Part shown: positions 50,998 through 62,212 of the stretch, in pieces
Layout of the letters: the number at the start of each line of letters is the position of its first letter
Position numbering within the stretch: position 1 is the stretch's first letter
DNA from: an uncultured delta proteobacterium
GTDB lineage: Bacteria; Myxococcota_A; Polyangia; Polyangiales; JAFGIB01
Reading direction: 5' to 3'
Assembly: GCA_963778655.1 (NCBI GenBank)
Contig: CAVZVA010000003.1
Coordinates: 544,001-608,000 of the forward strand
DNA length: 64,000 bases
Notes under the pieces: generated by a model
What the model saw: only the letters and a program-made list of their open reading frames with translations
Database searches by the model: none
Told to the model about the DNA's origin: nothing
Translations under genes and position numbers: made by a program

Positions 50998-51669
50998 ATG
51001 GAGGGCGCAATACCACCCGCCTCCCACGTCCAGCAGCCGCTCCCGCTCGAGCAGCCCCAGCGGCTCGAGCTGGGCGAAGGCTGCGTGCTGCAGTGGCACC
51101 CCGGGCTGTTCGCCAACGAGCACGAGCAGCTGATCCAAGCGCTGCGCGCCGAGCTGCCGTGGAGCCAGGAGCTGTACCGGCGCGGGGACCACTGGGTGCC
51201 CGCGCCGCGGCTGACCAGCTTCCACGGCGACCCCGACTGTAGCTACAGCTACTCCGGCATCGCCTACACACCTGCGCCCTTCGGCGAGACCTTGCTCCGG
51301 CTGCGAGGGCTGCTGCGGGCCGCGCTCGGGCAGGACTTCAACAGCGTGCTGGCGAACCTGTATCGCGACGGTCGCGACTCGCTCGGCTTCCACGCCGACG
51401 ACGAGCCCGAGCTCGGGCCGCACCCCCACGACGTGGTGATCGCCTCGCTCAGCCTGGGCGCCGCGCGGCGCTTCGTGCTCAAGCACCGCCGGCAGCCGCG
51501 CAAGCTGTGCTACGAGCTGGGCGGCGGTAGCCTGCTGGTGATGCGCGGTCGCACGCAGCAGCACTGGGTCCACGCCCTGCCGAAGACCCGGCGCCCCAGC
51601 GGCCCGCGCCTCAATCTCACCTTCCGCGTGATTGTGGCGCCGCGTGCGGGCGCCGGCGTGCCGGGTTGA
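50998..51669 (+). CDS. AlkB-family 2OG-Fe(II) dioxygenase (ALKBH2/3-like)
   Basis: FNSVLANLYRDGRDSLGFHADDE, IASLSLG, WVHALPK, RLNLTFR. Confidence 0.93.
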   Translation: MEGAIPPASHVQQPLPLEQPQRLELGEGCVLQWHPGLFANEHEQLIQALRAELPWSQELYRRGDHWVPAPRLTSFHGDPDCSYSYSGIAYTPAPFGETLLRLRGLLRAALGQDFNSVLANLYRDGRDSLGFHADDEPELGPHPHDVVIASLSLGAARRFVLKHRRQPRKLCYELGGGSLLVMRGRTQQHWVHALPKTRRPSGPRLNLTFRVIVAPRAGAGVPG

Positions 51670-51734
51670 ACACAATTCAATTCGGGCTCCGCGGCGCGCT
51701 TGCGCGCGCGGGCCGCCGCGCTACCTTGGGCGCC

Positions 51735-52577
51735 ATGCCGGAAGCCAGCTCGGAGGCCCAGGAAGCCAAGGTGGTCGCTGCGCTGCTCAAGCGCCTGGAC
51801 GTGGTGCCGGACGGCGCCGATCGGTTCAAAGGCCTCGCCGCGCAGGGCGGCGGCCCGCGCCTGTTCGGCGGGCTGGTGGCGGGTCAGGCGGTGGTTGCGG
51901 CCGCGCGCACAGTCGAAGGCCTGCAGATCCACTCGCTGCACGCGTATTTCCTGCAGCCGGGCGATCCGTCGCTCGACCTCTGCTTCCAGATCGAGCGCCT
52001 GAAGGAAGGCAAGAACTTCCACGTGCGGCAGGTGACGGGCCGGCAGGGCGAACGCATCGTCTTCAGCATGCAGGCGAGCTTCGCGCGCGCCGAAGCCGGC
52101 TTCGCGCACCAGGACCCGATGCCATCCGCGCCGGCACCCGAAACGCTGGGCGAGCGCGGCTTCGGGTTCTGGGGCGCGGGCTCACCGGTGCGCATGCGCG
52201 ATTGCGACGCGGGCAGCTTCGAGCAGGCCGCCCGCAACGGTATCCGGCGGGTGTGGATGCGCCCCGCAGCCGCCTTGCCCGAGGATCCGGTGCTGCACCT
52301 CGGCATGCTGGTGTTCGCAAGCGACATGACGCTGGTCATGACCGGCCTGCTGCCGCACCCCGAGCTGCGCGCGCGGCCGCGCGGCGGAGCCAGCCTCGAC
52401 CACGCGGTTTGGTTTCACCGCTTGCTGCCGTTCGACGACTGGATGCTCTACACCATGCAGACGCCCGCGGCGCACGCTGGCCGCCCGTGGATGACGGGCG
52501 CGATGTACCGGCGCGACGGCACGCGGGTGGTTTCGGTCGCCCAAGAAGGCCTGATCCGGATGCGCGCCGCGCGCTGA
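51735..52577 (+). CDS. tesB: Acyl-CoA thioesterase II
   Basis: RLFGGLVAGQA, HSLHAYFLQPG, ASD, SLDHAVWFHR, VAQEGLIR. Confidence 0.92.
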   Translation: MPEASSEAQEAKVVAALLKRLDVVPDGADRFKGLAAQGGGPRLFGGLVAGQAVVAAARTVEGLQIHSLHAYFLQPGDPSLDLCFQIERLKEGKNFHVRQVTGRQGERIVFSMQASFARAEAGFAHQDPMPSAPAPETLGERGFGFWGAGSPVRMRDCDAGSFEQAARNGIRRVWMRPAAALPEDPVLHLGMLVFASDMTLVMTGLLPHPELRARPRGGASLDHAVWFHRLLPFDDWMLYTMQTPAAHAGRPWMTGAMYRRDGTRVVSVAQEGLIRMRAAR

Positions 52578-52584
52578 GGATTAT

Positions 52585-52600
52585 CTGAACATTTGGTCAG
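52585..52600. promoter_or_regulatory. Imperfect palindrome, candidate operator upstream of the acyl-CoA dehydrogenase operon
   Basis: CTGAACATTTGGTCAG in an AT-rich patch. Confidence 0.45.
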
Positions 52601-52720
52601 GTCATATCGGGAGGGCAGCCGCGCGGCGCGCCGAAGGGCACAAGACGCCGTGATCTGCCGGCCGGGAATCTGTTAGATCGCACCAACTACCTGCCCGGGC
52701 GCAGGAGCAGAGAGGCAGCC

Positions 52721-53905
52721 ATGGAGCTTTCGTTCACCGCCGAGCAAGAGGCCTTCCGGCGCGAGGTACGCGCGTGGATCGCGCAGGCGCTGCCGCCCAA
52801 CCTCGCCGCCAAGGCCAAGCAACTCGCGCACTTCGAGCCACAGGAGCAGCGCGAGTGGCACCGCATCCTGTACGAAAAGGGCTGGGCCGCGCCCAACTGG
52901 CCAAAGGAGCAAGGCGGCGCCGGCCTCGACCCGACGCGCCGCTTCATTCTGCGCGAGGAGCTCGCGCTGGCCGGCACGCCCGACCTGAGCCCCTTCGGCC
53001 TGGGCATGGTGGGGCCGCTGATCGTGCAGTACGGCAGCGACTGGCAGAAGCAGCGCTTCCTGCCGAAGATCCTGAGCGGCGACGAGATCTGGTGCCAGGG
53101 CTACTCCGAGCCGGGCTCGGGCAGCGATCTGGCCTCGCTGCAACTCAAGGCCGAGGACGACGGCGAGGGCCACTTCATCCTCAACGGCCAGAAGACCTGG
53201 ACCACGTACGCGCAGCACGCGGATTTCATCTTCGTGCTCGCACGCACCGACAAGAGCGCGCAGAAGCGCCAGATGGGCATCAGCTTCCTGCTCTGCGACA
53301 TGAAGAGCCCGGGCCTGCGGGTGGAGCCCTTCCTCACGCTCGGCGGCACCCCGGCGTTCTGCGACACCTACTTCGACAACGTCAAAGTCCCCAAGCAGAA
53401 CCTGGTCGGACCGCTCAACCAGGGCTGGGCGATCGCCAAGGCGCTGCTCGGACACGAGCGCGTCGGCATCGGCGACGTGGGCGGCGCCACGCGCGCGCTG
53501 CGCAACCTCAAGCGAATCGCGAAGCACACTCAGCTCGGAGGCAAGCCCCTGCTCGAGGACCCGGTGTTCCGCGCCAAGATCGCGCGGCTCGAGATCCGCA
53601 TCGAAAGCCTGCGCATGGTGATCTACAAGACGCTTGCCGGCAGCGAGCTCGGGCGGGCCCCCGGACCCGAATCGTCGATCCTCAAGATCCGCAGCTCCGA
53701 GCTGCAGCAGGAAGTGGGCGAGCTGAGCATGGAAGTGATGGGCCACAACGCGCTGAGCTGGTTCAACGAGGGCGCGGTCCCGCCCTACGAGCAGTGGGTC
53801 GCCAGCAACTTCAACTACCAGCGGGCGACCACCATTTACGGCGGCACCAACGAGATTCAGCGCAACGTGATCGCCAAGAGCATCCTGCGTCTGCCGGGAG
53901 CCTGA
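52721..53905 (+). CDS. Acyl-CoA dehydrogenase (PimC-like large subunit)
   Basis: WCQGYSEPGSGSDLASL, NGQKTWTT, LLGHER, TIYGGTNEIQRN. Confidence 0.95.
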   Translation: MELSFTAEQEAFRREVRAWIAQALPPNLAAKAKQLAHFEPQEQREWHRILYEKGWAAPNWPKEQGGAGLDPTRRFILREELALAGTPDLSPFGLGMVGPLIVQYGSDWQKQRFLPKILSGDEIWCQGYSEPGSGSDLASLQLKAEDDGEGHFILNGQKTWTTYAQHADFIFVLARTDKSAQKRQMGISFLLCDMKSPGLRVEPFLTLGGTPAFCDTYFDNVKVPKQNLVGPLNQGWAIAKALLGHERVGIGDVGGATRALRNLKRIAKHTQLGGKPLLEDPVFRAKIARLEIRIESLRMVIYKTLAGSELGRAPGPESSILKIRSSELQQEVGELSMEVMGHNALSWFNEGAVPPYEQWVASNFNYQRATTIYGGTNEIQRNVIAKSILRLPGA

Positions 53906-53955
53906 TGGCGCAGGGCGCTCGCCTCGCCACGGCGTACGCGCGGTAAAGGAGCAGC

Positions 53956-55104
53956 ATGGACTTCGAGCTTTCGGATGAACAGCGACTTCTGGTCGACAGC
54001 GTGGCCAGCTTCGTGAAGAAGGACTCGCCGATCGAGCGCTTCCGCAAACAGCGCGACGTCGACCCGGGCTGGTCCGGCAAGGTCTGGGCGCAGATGGGCG
54101 AGCTCGGCTGGCTGGGGCTGCCGTTTCCGGAGTCGATGGGCGGGCTGGGGAGCGGCTTCATCGATGCGGCGCTGCTGCTCGAGCGTCTGGCCACCACGCT
54201 GGTCCCCGAGCCGTACATCCCCTCGGTCCTGCTCGGCGGCATGGCGCTGTGCAAAGCCGGCAGCAAGGCGCAGCAGCAGCGCTACCTCGAGCCGATGATG
54301 GAAGGCAAGAGCACGCTGGCGCTGGCGTACGCCGAGCGCGACAGCCGCCACGACGTGGCGCGCGTGCAGACGCGGGCGGAGAAGAAGGCCGGCGGCTACG
54401 TGTTGCGCGGACAGAAGGTGTGGGTGCTCAACGGCGACAGCGCAGACCAGCTGGTGGTCTCGGCGCGCACCGCGGGCGAGAGCGCCGACTCGCGCGGCGT
54501 CTCGTTGTTCGTGGTGCCGGGCGACGCCGTGAATCTGCGCCGCACGGCGCTGCGCACCATGGACGGGCGGCGCGCGGCGAGCTGCGACTTCGATGGCGTG
54601 CAGCTGCCCGCGGACGCGCTGCTGGGTGAGCAGGACGCAGCGGTGCCGCTGCTCGAGGAGTTGATGGACATCGGCGCGGCGGCGGCCTGCGCCGAGGGCG
54701 CGGGCCTGCTCGAGACCGTCGCCGGCATGACGCGCGACTACCTGTGCGATCGCGTGCAGTTCGGCGTCGCGATCGGCAGCTTTCAGGCGCTGCAGCACCG
54801 GGCGGTCGACATGTTCATCGAGGTGCAGCTGGCCAAGGCCACCATGCTGCTGGCAGCGCTCAAGCTCGACGCGCCCGAGCCGGAGCGCAAGCGCGCAATT
54901 TCCATCGCCAAGGCGCAGCTCGCACAGAGCGGCAACTTCGTCGGTCGCCAGGGAATTCAGCTCCACGGCGGCATCGGGGTGACCGACGAGCACAACGTGG
55001 GTCTGTTCTTCAAGCGCATCAATGTGCTCAACGCGCTGTTCGGCGACGAGCAGCACCACGTGGCGCGGTTCGGCCAACTTCCGAGCTTCGAACCTCCGGC
55101 ATGA
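53956..55104 (+). CDS. Acyl-CoA dehydrogenase (PimD-like small subunit)
   Basis: ALAYAE, GQKVWV, RVQFGVAIGSFQALQHR, QLHGGIG.TDE. Confidence 0.93.
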   Translation: MDFELSDEQRLLVDSVASFVKKDSPIERFRKQRDVDPGWSGKVWAQMGELGWLGLPFPESMGGLGSGFIDAALLLERLATTLVPEPYIPSVLLGGMALCKAGSKAQQQRYLEPMMEGKSTLALAYAERDSRHDVARVQTRAEKKAGGYVLRGQKVWVLNGDSADQLVVSARTAGESADSRGVSLFVVPGDAVNLRRTALRTMDGRRAASCDFDGVQLPADALLGEQDAAVPLLEELMDIGAAAACAEGAGLLETVAGMTRDYLCDRVQFGVAIGSFQALQHRAVDMFIEVQLAKATMLLAALKLDAPEPERKRAISIAKAQLAQSGNFVGRQGIQLHGGIGVTDEHNVGLFFKRINVLNALFGDEQHHVARFGQLPSFEPPA

Positions 55105-56042
55105 CGCTTTCGAGCACGCTCGCGATTATCCTCAATCCCCAGGCCGGCGGCGGCGATCGCTACGACGAACGACGTATCAAGGGCTTGCGCGCGATCGCGA
55201 GCTCACGCGCAGTGGTCTTCTCCACGGCGCGTCACGACCTGGTCGATGCAGTGGCCGAGGGGGTGCGCGAGCGCGGCGTGCAGACGGTGGCCATCATCGG
55301 CGGCGACGGCACGGTGTCGAGCGCGCTTTCGGCTCTGCACCGCGCGTATCGCGACGCGCCACTGCCGACCATCGCGCTGCTGCGCGGCGGCACCATGAAC
55401 ACGATTGCCAATGCGCTGGGCATCCCGCGCAAGCAGCCCGAGGAGCTGCTGCGCCGGATGCTGGCCTCGCCCCCGGGCGCGACGGTACGGCGCGCGACGA
55501 TCGAGGTCGAGGGCCGGCTCGGTTTCCTGTTCAGCGCCGGCGTGATGGTGGGCTTCCTGCACATGCTGTACGGCACCCGCGAGCGCGGGCAGGGCTCGCT
55601 GCGCGCGCTCAGCCTGCTGGCCAAGGGCAGCTGGCAAGCACTTACCGGAGGCGAGCTGATCGAGCAGATCGAAACGCCGCTGCTGGCGTCGCTCCGCATC
55701 GACGGTGAGGAGCACCCGCAGCGCAGATACACCGTACTGGCCGCGGGCACGGTGGAGCAGATCGGCCTCGGCTTCCGTCCGTTTCCGCGCGCGGCCGAGT
55801 GCCAGGACTGTTTCCAGATGTTCGCGTTCAACGGCTCGCTGCAATCGCTGGCCCGCCAGCTGCCGCGGATCCGGCGCGGTTTGCCCATGAGCAAGGGCCT
55901 CGGCTTCGACCCGCTCGCACGACGGCTGGAGATCGAGGGCGCAGGCACGCCGTTCGAATACGCGCTCGACGGCGACATCCACACCGCGGCGCGAAGGCTG
56001 CTGGTGCAGGCGGGGCCGGCGGTGGAGATCAAGATCCCTTGA
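55101..56042 (+). CDS. Diacylglycerol kinase family lipid kinase
   Basis: ILNPQAG, GGDGT, GGTMN, ALDGD; ATGA overlap with the upstream gene. Confidence 0.9.
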   Translation: MTLSSTLAIILNPQAGGGDRYDERRIKGLRAIASSRAVVFSTARHDLVDAVAEGVRERGVQTVAIIGGDGTVSSALSALHRAYRDAPLPTIALLRGGTMNTIANALGIPRKQPEELLRRMLASPPGATVRRATIEVEGRLGFLFSAGVMVGFLHMLYGTRERGQGSLRALSLLAKGSWQALTGGELIEQIETPLLASLRIDGEEHPQRRYTVLAAGTVEQIGLGFRPFPRAAECQDCFQMFAFNGSLQSLARQLPRIRRGLPMSKGLGFDPLARRLEIEGAGTPFEYALDGDIHTAARRLLVQAGPAVEIKIP

Positions 56043-56116
56043 GGACCTGAGCACGCCATTCGCGCTCGCGCGGCCGGGCGCCAGGTGATAGAGGTAGCCG
56101 CGTTACGGAGACGCTC

Positions 56117-57802
<1,686 letters not shown>

Positions 57803-57901
57803 CGCGCACGGGGCCGCCTGCCCGCCCGTAGTCGCCCCGGCGCTCACCGCCTCCCACACCGGCGCTTTCTCCACGGAGCCGAGGTCCGTTATCATGATCG
57901 C

Positions 57902-58414
57902 GTGCTAGGGGTGCGCGACATCGGGTGGGCGCTGTTCTTGTGCCTGGTGCTGACCCTATTGCTGCAGTGCCGGCCCACCTGGGAGGCCCGCAGGTTCCTC
58001 GAGCGCGAAAGCCGCGCCGGGTTCCTCGAAGCTTACGCCGGGCATCGCTACCTCAGCGGGGAGGCGATCGGCCCCGACAGCAGCTTCGGCCTGCGCGTCG
58101 ATCCGATGGCGACGGCGGTGATGACGCGCCGCTTCGAGATCACCGCCGAAAAGATCTCGCTCACCGGCAACGGCGCGGAGTTCGTAGCACGCCAGTTGAT
58201 CCAGCTCGCCGACGGCAGCCCGGGCGGCGCCGACGCCTCGCAGGAGGTGCACGTGCGCATCGCCAAACAGGACGGACACTTCGTCTACACCCGGTTCGAG
58301 GTGCGCGGCCAGGGCGAGATCGACGAGCCCAATGCGGCCAACCCCTGGGCGCGCGCAATCCGCAACGGCAGGGCCGAGCAGGAGCACGCGAGCGAGCGGC
58401 GTCCGCCGCGCTGA
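57902..58414 (+). CDS. Hypothetical membrane-anchored protein
   Basis: N-terminal TM and a beta-rich domain; fills the gap with coding-like codon usage. Confidence 0.6.
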   Translation: MLGVRDIGWALFLCLVLTLLLQCRPTWEARRFLERESRAGFLEAYAGHRYLSGEAIGPDSSFGLRVDPMATAVMTRRFEITAEKISLTGNGAEFVARQLIQLADGSPGGADASQEVHVRIAKQDGHFVYTRFEVRGQGEIDEPNAANPWARAIRNGRAEQEHASERRPPR

Positions 58415-58451
58415 CCACGCACCGACGCGGCCAGCGCCTTGGCCCAACGAG

Positions 58452-58475
58452 CGGGAGGGTCGCGCGACCCTCCCG
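58452..58475. terminator. Perfect 24-bp palindrome between convergent genes
   Basis: CGGGAGGGTCGCGCGACCCTCCCG; no U-tract. Confidence 0.55.
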
Positions 58476-58488
58476 GTAGCGAGCACCC

Positions 58489-59307
58489 TCAGCCGGCGGC
58501 CGCGAACGCCACCACGGCCTGCGGCTCGAGCACGCGAAAGGTGAACGACTCGGTCAGGAACAGGCGCACGTGTTGCCCCTCCTGCTGCTCGAAGCCGACC
58601 GAGACGTCCTGTCCCACGGTCAACTCGAAGTCGCCCTCCGCGTCCGCGGGCAGCAGGTATGCTCCTTCGATCGCGGGCGCGAGCACGATCGGCCCGTCGA
58701 TCAGCTGCTCGATCTGCCTGCGCAGCGGGTACTGGCCCGCGTCGCGCTCCAGCCGCTGGAACACGGTGCGCCCGGCGACGAAGCTATAGGGACCGGCTTC
58801 GCCCGCCGACTTGAGCGCGACGATCGCGTGGGCGATCGAATTCGGCCAGCCCGCGGCGTCCGCTCGCAGCGGGACGTGCTCGTGCTGCGAGGCCATCGCC
58901 ATGCCGACGATGCCGGCCGGCTCGAAGCCCTGGTAGATCGCCCGCTCCTCGAACGCGGCGAGCTTGCCGGCGGCCTCGATCAGCGGGTCCAGGTCGGGGT
59001 CGCGCGCGCCGCGCACCACGTTGTCGAGCTCCCACAGGTCGAGCAGGAACGGCACGCGCACCTCGACCAGCGGAAGCAGCTTGCGAATGCCGTAGGCGAC
59101 GCCGCTGCCGGCGTCCACCCGGTCGGATTCCAGCCGTTCCAGCCGCCCCAGGTTGACGGCGGCGTGCTGCCAGCCGTGCGGCCCGGACACGTCGACGATC
59201 TTGCGGCCCGAAAGGTTGCCGACCAGCACTTCTCGCGCCTGCTCGTCGATCAGCGCCCAGGACTCGGGCGCGATCGGCGCATGATGGCGGCGCAGCAAGT
59301 CGCTCAT
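58489..59307 (-). CDS. Family 1 encapsulin nanocompartment shell protein (Linocin M18)
   Basis: MSDLLRRHHAPI...W..ID, GRKIVDVSGPHGW, PLVEVRVPF.L, RGA.D.D, FELTVGQDVSVG, LTESFTFRV. Confidence 0.95.
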   Translation of the reverse strand: MSDLLRRHHAPIAPESWALIDEQAREVLVGNLSGRKIVDVSGPHGWQHAAVNLGRLERLESDRVDAGSGVAYGIRKLLPLVEVRVPFLLDLWELDNVVRGARDPDLDPLIEAAGKLAAFEERAIYQGFEPAGIVGMAMASQHEHVPLRADAAGWPNSIAHAIVALKSAGEAGPYSFVAGRTVFQRLERDAGQYPLRRQIEQLIDGPIVLAPAIEGAYLLPADAEGDFELTVGQDVSVGFEQQEGQHVRLFLTESFTFRVLEPQAVVAFAAAG

Positions 59308-59687
59308 GCTTTCCTCCGCAGGGTGCCAATGCCGAGATCGCCGGCGCCGCCGCTGGCGGCGGGCGCCGGGTCCGCATCGCCCGGCGCGCGCGCCATCTGC
59401 AGCTGCTCGATCTGAGTAATCGGCGCGTCCGTGAACAGGTAACTGCGCAGCGTCGCGTCCCAGGCGGGCACGTTGCGACGCAGCCATTCGAGCACCATGC
59501 AGGCGTGCTCGATCTCCTCGTCGCGGTTGTGCGCGAGCACGGCGCGCAGCGTCTCGTCGCGCGAAGCGGCCCAGCGCTGGTTGTACCAATCGATGGCCTC
59601 GAGCTCCTCCTTGAGACTGGTCAGGGCGCGGTGCTGGTCGCGCACTTCGCTGCTGAGCTCGGCGTCAGGCTCGTGATATTCGCTCAT
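59304..59687 (-). CDS. Encapsulin-associated ferritin-like protein (EncFtn/Flp) with cargo-loading peptide
   Basis: YHEP, HRALTSLKEELEAIDWYNQR, HNRDEEIEHACMVLEWLRR, YLFT, C-terminal DLGIGTLR; ATGA overlap with the shell gene. Confidence 0.95.
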   Translation of the reverse strand: MSEYHEPDAELSSEVRDQHRALTSLKEELEAIDWYNQRWAASRDETLRAVLAHNRDEEIEHACMVLEWLRRNVPAWDATLRSYLFTDAPITQIEQLQMARAPGDADPAPAASGGAGDLGIGTLRRKA

Positions 59688-59833
59688 CGCAGTGGCAACT
59701 GTAGGCCCGAAGCCCAGCGTGGCAAGGCGCAGCGCGCACGCAAAGCACGCGACCAAGGTCGCGCAGGCTCGCTGCGAGGTGCACACCCGTGCAGGCAACC
59801 CGCACGCCGGAACGAGCTCCCCGGCCCGTGGTG

Positions 59834-60397
59834 CTACGGTGCGGCGTCAGATGCGCCACCGCCCTTGAGCCGCAACACGTGCTCGCGGATGTCCTTGGGC
59901 CAGCGCCGGATCAGGCTGCGCAGGCGCGCGTCGTCGCCCGCGAACAGCGCGCGCGAAGCCTCCTCGAAACCGGGCAGGTTACCCGCCATCGCCCACATGA
60001 ACTTGGCGGCGGCGTCGCGCGCCAGCCGGGCGCGTTCCTTGTCGGGCTCGCGCTTGCGCGCCTCCTCGACCAGCCTGCGCAAGGCCGCGGAGATGCCGTT
60101 GGGCTGCTGCTCGAGCCACTGCCAGTGGCGCGGCAACAGCGATACCTCGCGGCTGATCACGCCGAGCCGCGGACGGCCCGGGCCGGCCTTGGGCTCGCTC
60201 GCCTCGCGCGCGAGCACCTGCTCGAGAGTGCCGCTGAAGTCGAGCTCGACTTGGTGGCCGTCGCGATCGTCGAAGACCAACAACGGCGCGCCTCCGCGCT
60301 CGAGATGGCGCTTGGCGCGGGTGATCAGCATCCGCCGATCGCCGCTGACGAGTCGGCGCGGGCCGACAAACGCGGTGTAGCTCTCCGGGCGCTCCAT
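59834..60397 (-). CDS. DUF2239 family protein
   Basis: YTAF.G, LVFDD..G..VELD, GPGRPRLGVISREVSLLPRHWQWL..QP.G.SAALRRLVEEAR, MAGNLPGFEEASRALFA, WPKDIR. Confidence 0.9.
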   Translation of the reverse strand: MERPESYTAFVGPRRLVSGDRRMLITRAKRHLERGGAPLLVFDDRDGHQVELDFSGTLEQVLAREASEPKAGPGRPRLGVISREVSLLPRHWQWLEQQPNGISAALRRLVEEARKREPDKERARLARDAAAKFMWAMAGNLPGFEEASRALFAGDDARLRSLIRRWPKDIREHVLRLKGGGASDAAP

Positions 60398-60436
60398 GCT
60401 GTGCTCCGCGACTGCCGCCGCGGTCTCCTGCGACCA

Positions 60437-60478
60437 TTTATACCCGGGTAAATTCCAGCCGTCAATATTACCCGGGTG
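60437..60478 (-). promoter_or_regulatory. sigma70 promoter with two TACCCGGGT(A/G) palindromic operators
   Basis: Minus strand TTGACG (60465-60460)-N17-TATAAA (60442-60437); palindromes at 60441-60450 and 60469-60478. Confidence 0.8.
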
Positions 60479-60517
60479 ATTCTTTTGCCGACGACGCGCG
60501 CCGCACGGAGCGGCCCG

Positions 60518-62212
60518 CTACAGCGCCACGCGCAGCACGTTGCCCGAGGGGTCCTTGGCCGGCGCGGCCATGCCGCCGAACGTGCCCTGCTGGAAGCGGT
60601 CGTACTCGGCGAGCACGGCCTTGCGCTTGTCGGAGTCTTCGGGCAACTCGACGATCAGCTCGCCTCCGATCTGCACCACGCCCGAGCGCATGATGTGGCC
60701 GACTCGCACCTGTCGCGCGCCGGCCCGCAGCAAGCGCCGTACGAGATCCTGCACCCGGTCCTTGTCGCCGTTGGTGAACTGGTGCAAGTCGGACTCCATC
60801 CACTCCGAAGCAACCGGACCGGCCCAGTCGGCCGCGGCCGCGACGCCCGACGGCGAGCCGCCCGACGCCGGCGGCGTCTCCCAGCGGGCGAGCGCCTTCT
60901 GCACCTCCCTGTCGAACATCCGGCAATGGCGGACCGTGGTCAGAATGATGAAGAACGCGATGCCCATGCCCAGGCGCAGCGACCAGCGCAGCCACGCGGA
61001 CGGATCGCCTGCGGGCAGCTCGCGACCGACCACCACGCCGCCCGCGGTGGGCGCTCGCACGTTCGCGGGCAAAGCGCGCGCGCGCGCGGAGGGTTGGGCG
61101 CGCGCGCGCGGCGGCGGCGCCGAGGTCTGGGGCGCCGCCTCGGACGGGCGGAGCGCGGGCTGCTCGAGCGCCTCGGGTTGCAGCGCGCGCGGCCCTTCGA
61201 CCAGCCAATCCGGCCGCCCGTCCAGCTGAAGCCCCGGCACCGCCGAGGCGGGCGGCAGCTCGCCGTCGTCGCCAGCGAGCACCACGGCGTTGGGCTCGAG
61301 CGCACGCCGGGGCTGGGGCGGCGCCGGTTGCGGCTCGATCGCGTCGGCCCAGGCGGCCGCGCGCCGCGGCGCAGCAGACGGCGCCGGCTGCGCGCGCGCG
61401 CTGGGCGCTGCGGCTGGCCGCCGTGCGCTGCGCGGCGCCGCGGCGGGCTCTAGCGCGGGCACCGCACCCCAGCCCACGGCCTGCTCGTGCGCGAGGCGCT
61501 CGAGCGGAAGATCGCGCGCGGCCCGCGCGTGCGCGGCGGGCGCTCGCGCGTGGACCGGGGCGGCCCGCGGCGCAGCTCCGACCGGCGGCACGCCCACGTG
61601 GACCGCCTCGGGCAAGGTCGCGGCGGAAGGCCGCGGCTGCGCGGGCAGCGCGGGTGCGGGCACGGCGGGCGGCGCATGCTCGAAGCTGGAAGGCGGCTGC
61701 GCAGCGCTCTGCTGCACGCCGGCGAGCCCTCCGGCGGGCGTCGGATCGACCACGGTGTCGCCGGTGTCTGCGCGATCGCCGGCGGCGGGTGCCCCGACGC
61801 GCTCGCGCGCGGAGGCCGGAGCACCAGGCGCGTGGCCGAGCACGGTGCCCGCGCGCGGCGAGCGCGCGCCGATCGCGGCCTCCGCCAACTTGGGCGGCGG
61901 CAGCGTCAGCGTGCTGCCGTGTTGCTGCGCAACCCGATCGAGCTCGTCCGGCTCCGCGCCCCGTACCGCGATGATCTGCTGCGGGCGGATCGGGCTGAGG
62001 CGCAGCTCGAAGTCCGCGCCAAGCTCGCCGAGCGCGCGCTCGTAGCGCCTGACGTGGCCGGCGGGGACGTGGCGCTTGACCACGCGCGGCAGCGAGTCCA
62101 CCAGCTCGCGCGCGCGCCGTGTGTCGAGCCCGAACACGCGGTGCAGGCCGAGCTCCGGGGGCTCGGGTCCGCCCGACGCAAAACCCCGAATGTAGATGTC
62201 GTATTCCTCCAC
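60518..62212 (-). CDS. Hypothetical membrane protein: N-terminal L7/L12-CTD-like domain, long Pro/Ala linker, TM, small C-terminal domain
   Basis: VFGLDTRRARELVDSLPRVVKRHV..YERALGELGADFEL; TM LGMGIAFFIILTTV. Confidence 0.7.
   Translation of the reverse strand: MEEYDIYIRGFASGGPEPPELGLHRVFGLDTRRARELVDSLPRVVKRHVPAGHVRRYERALGELGADFELRLSPIRPQQIIAVRGAEPDELDRVAQQHGSTLTLPPPKLAEAAIGARSPRAGTVLGHAPGAPASARERVGAPAAGDRADTGDTVVDPTPAGGLAGVQQSAAQPPSSFEHAPPAVPAPALPAQPRPSAATLPEAVHVGVPPVGAAPRAAPVHARAPAAHARAARDLPLERLAHEQAVGWGAVPALEPAAAPRSARRPAAAPSARAQPAPSAAPRRAAAWADAIEPQPAPPQPRRALEPNAVVLAGDDGELPPASAVPGLQLDGRPDWLVEGPRALQPEALEQPALRPSEAAPQTSAPPPRARAQPSARARALPANVRAPTAGGVVVGRELPAGDPSAWLRWSLRLGMGIAFFIILTTVRHCRMFDREVQKALARWETPPASGGSPSGVAAAADWAGPVASEWMESDLHQFTNGDKDRVQDLVRRLLRAGARQVRVGHIMRSGVVQIGGELIVELPEDSDKRKAVLAEYDRFQQGTFGGMAAPAKDPSGNVLRVAL

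Noticed and set aside
58489..59307. Encapsulin as a prophage capsid or bacteriocin
   Set aside because: It is paired with a ferritin-like cargo bearing a targeting peptide, and no phage genes are nearby.
58489..59589. Cargo-shell fusion suggested by the long ORF call
   Set aside because: Cargo and shell are in different frames with a normal ATGA overlap; the upstream extension is not protein-like.
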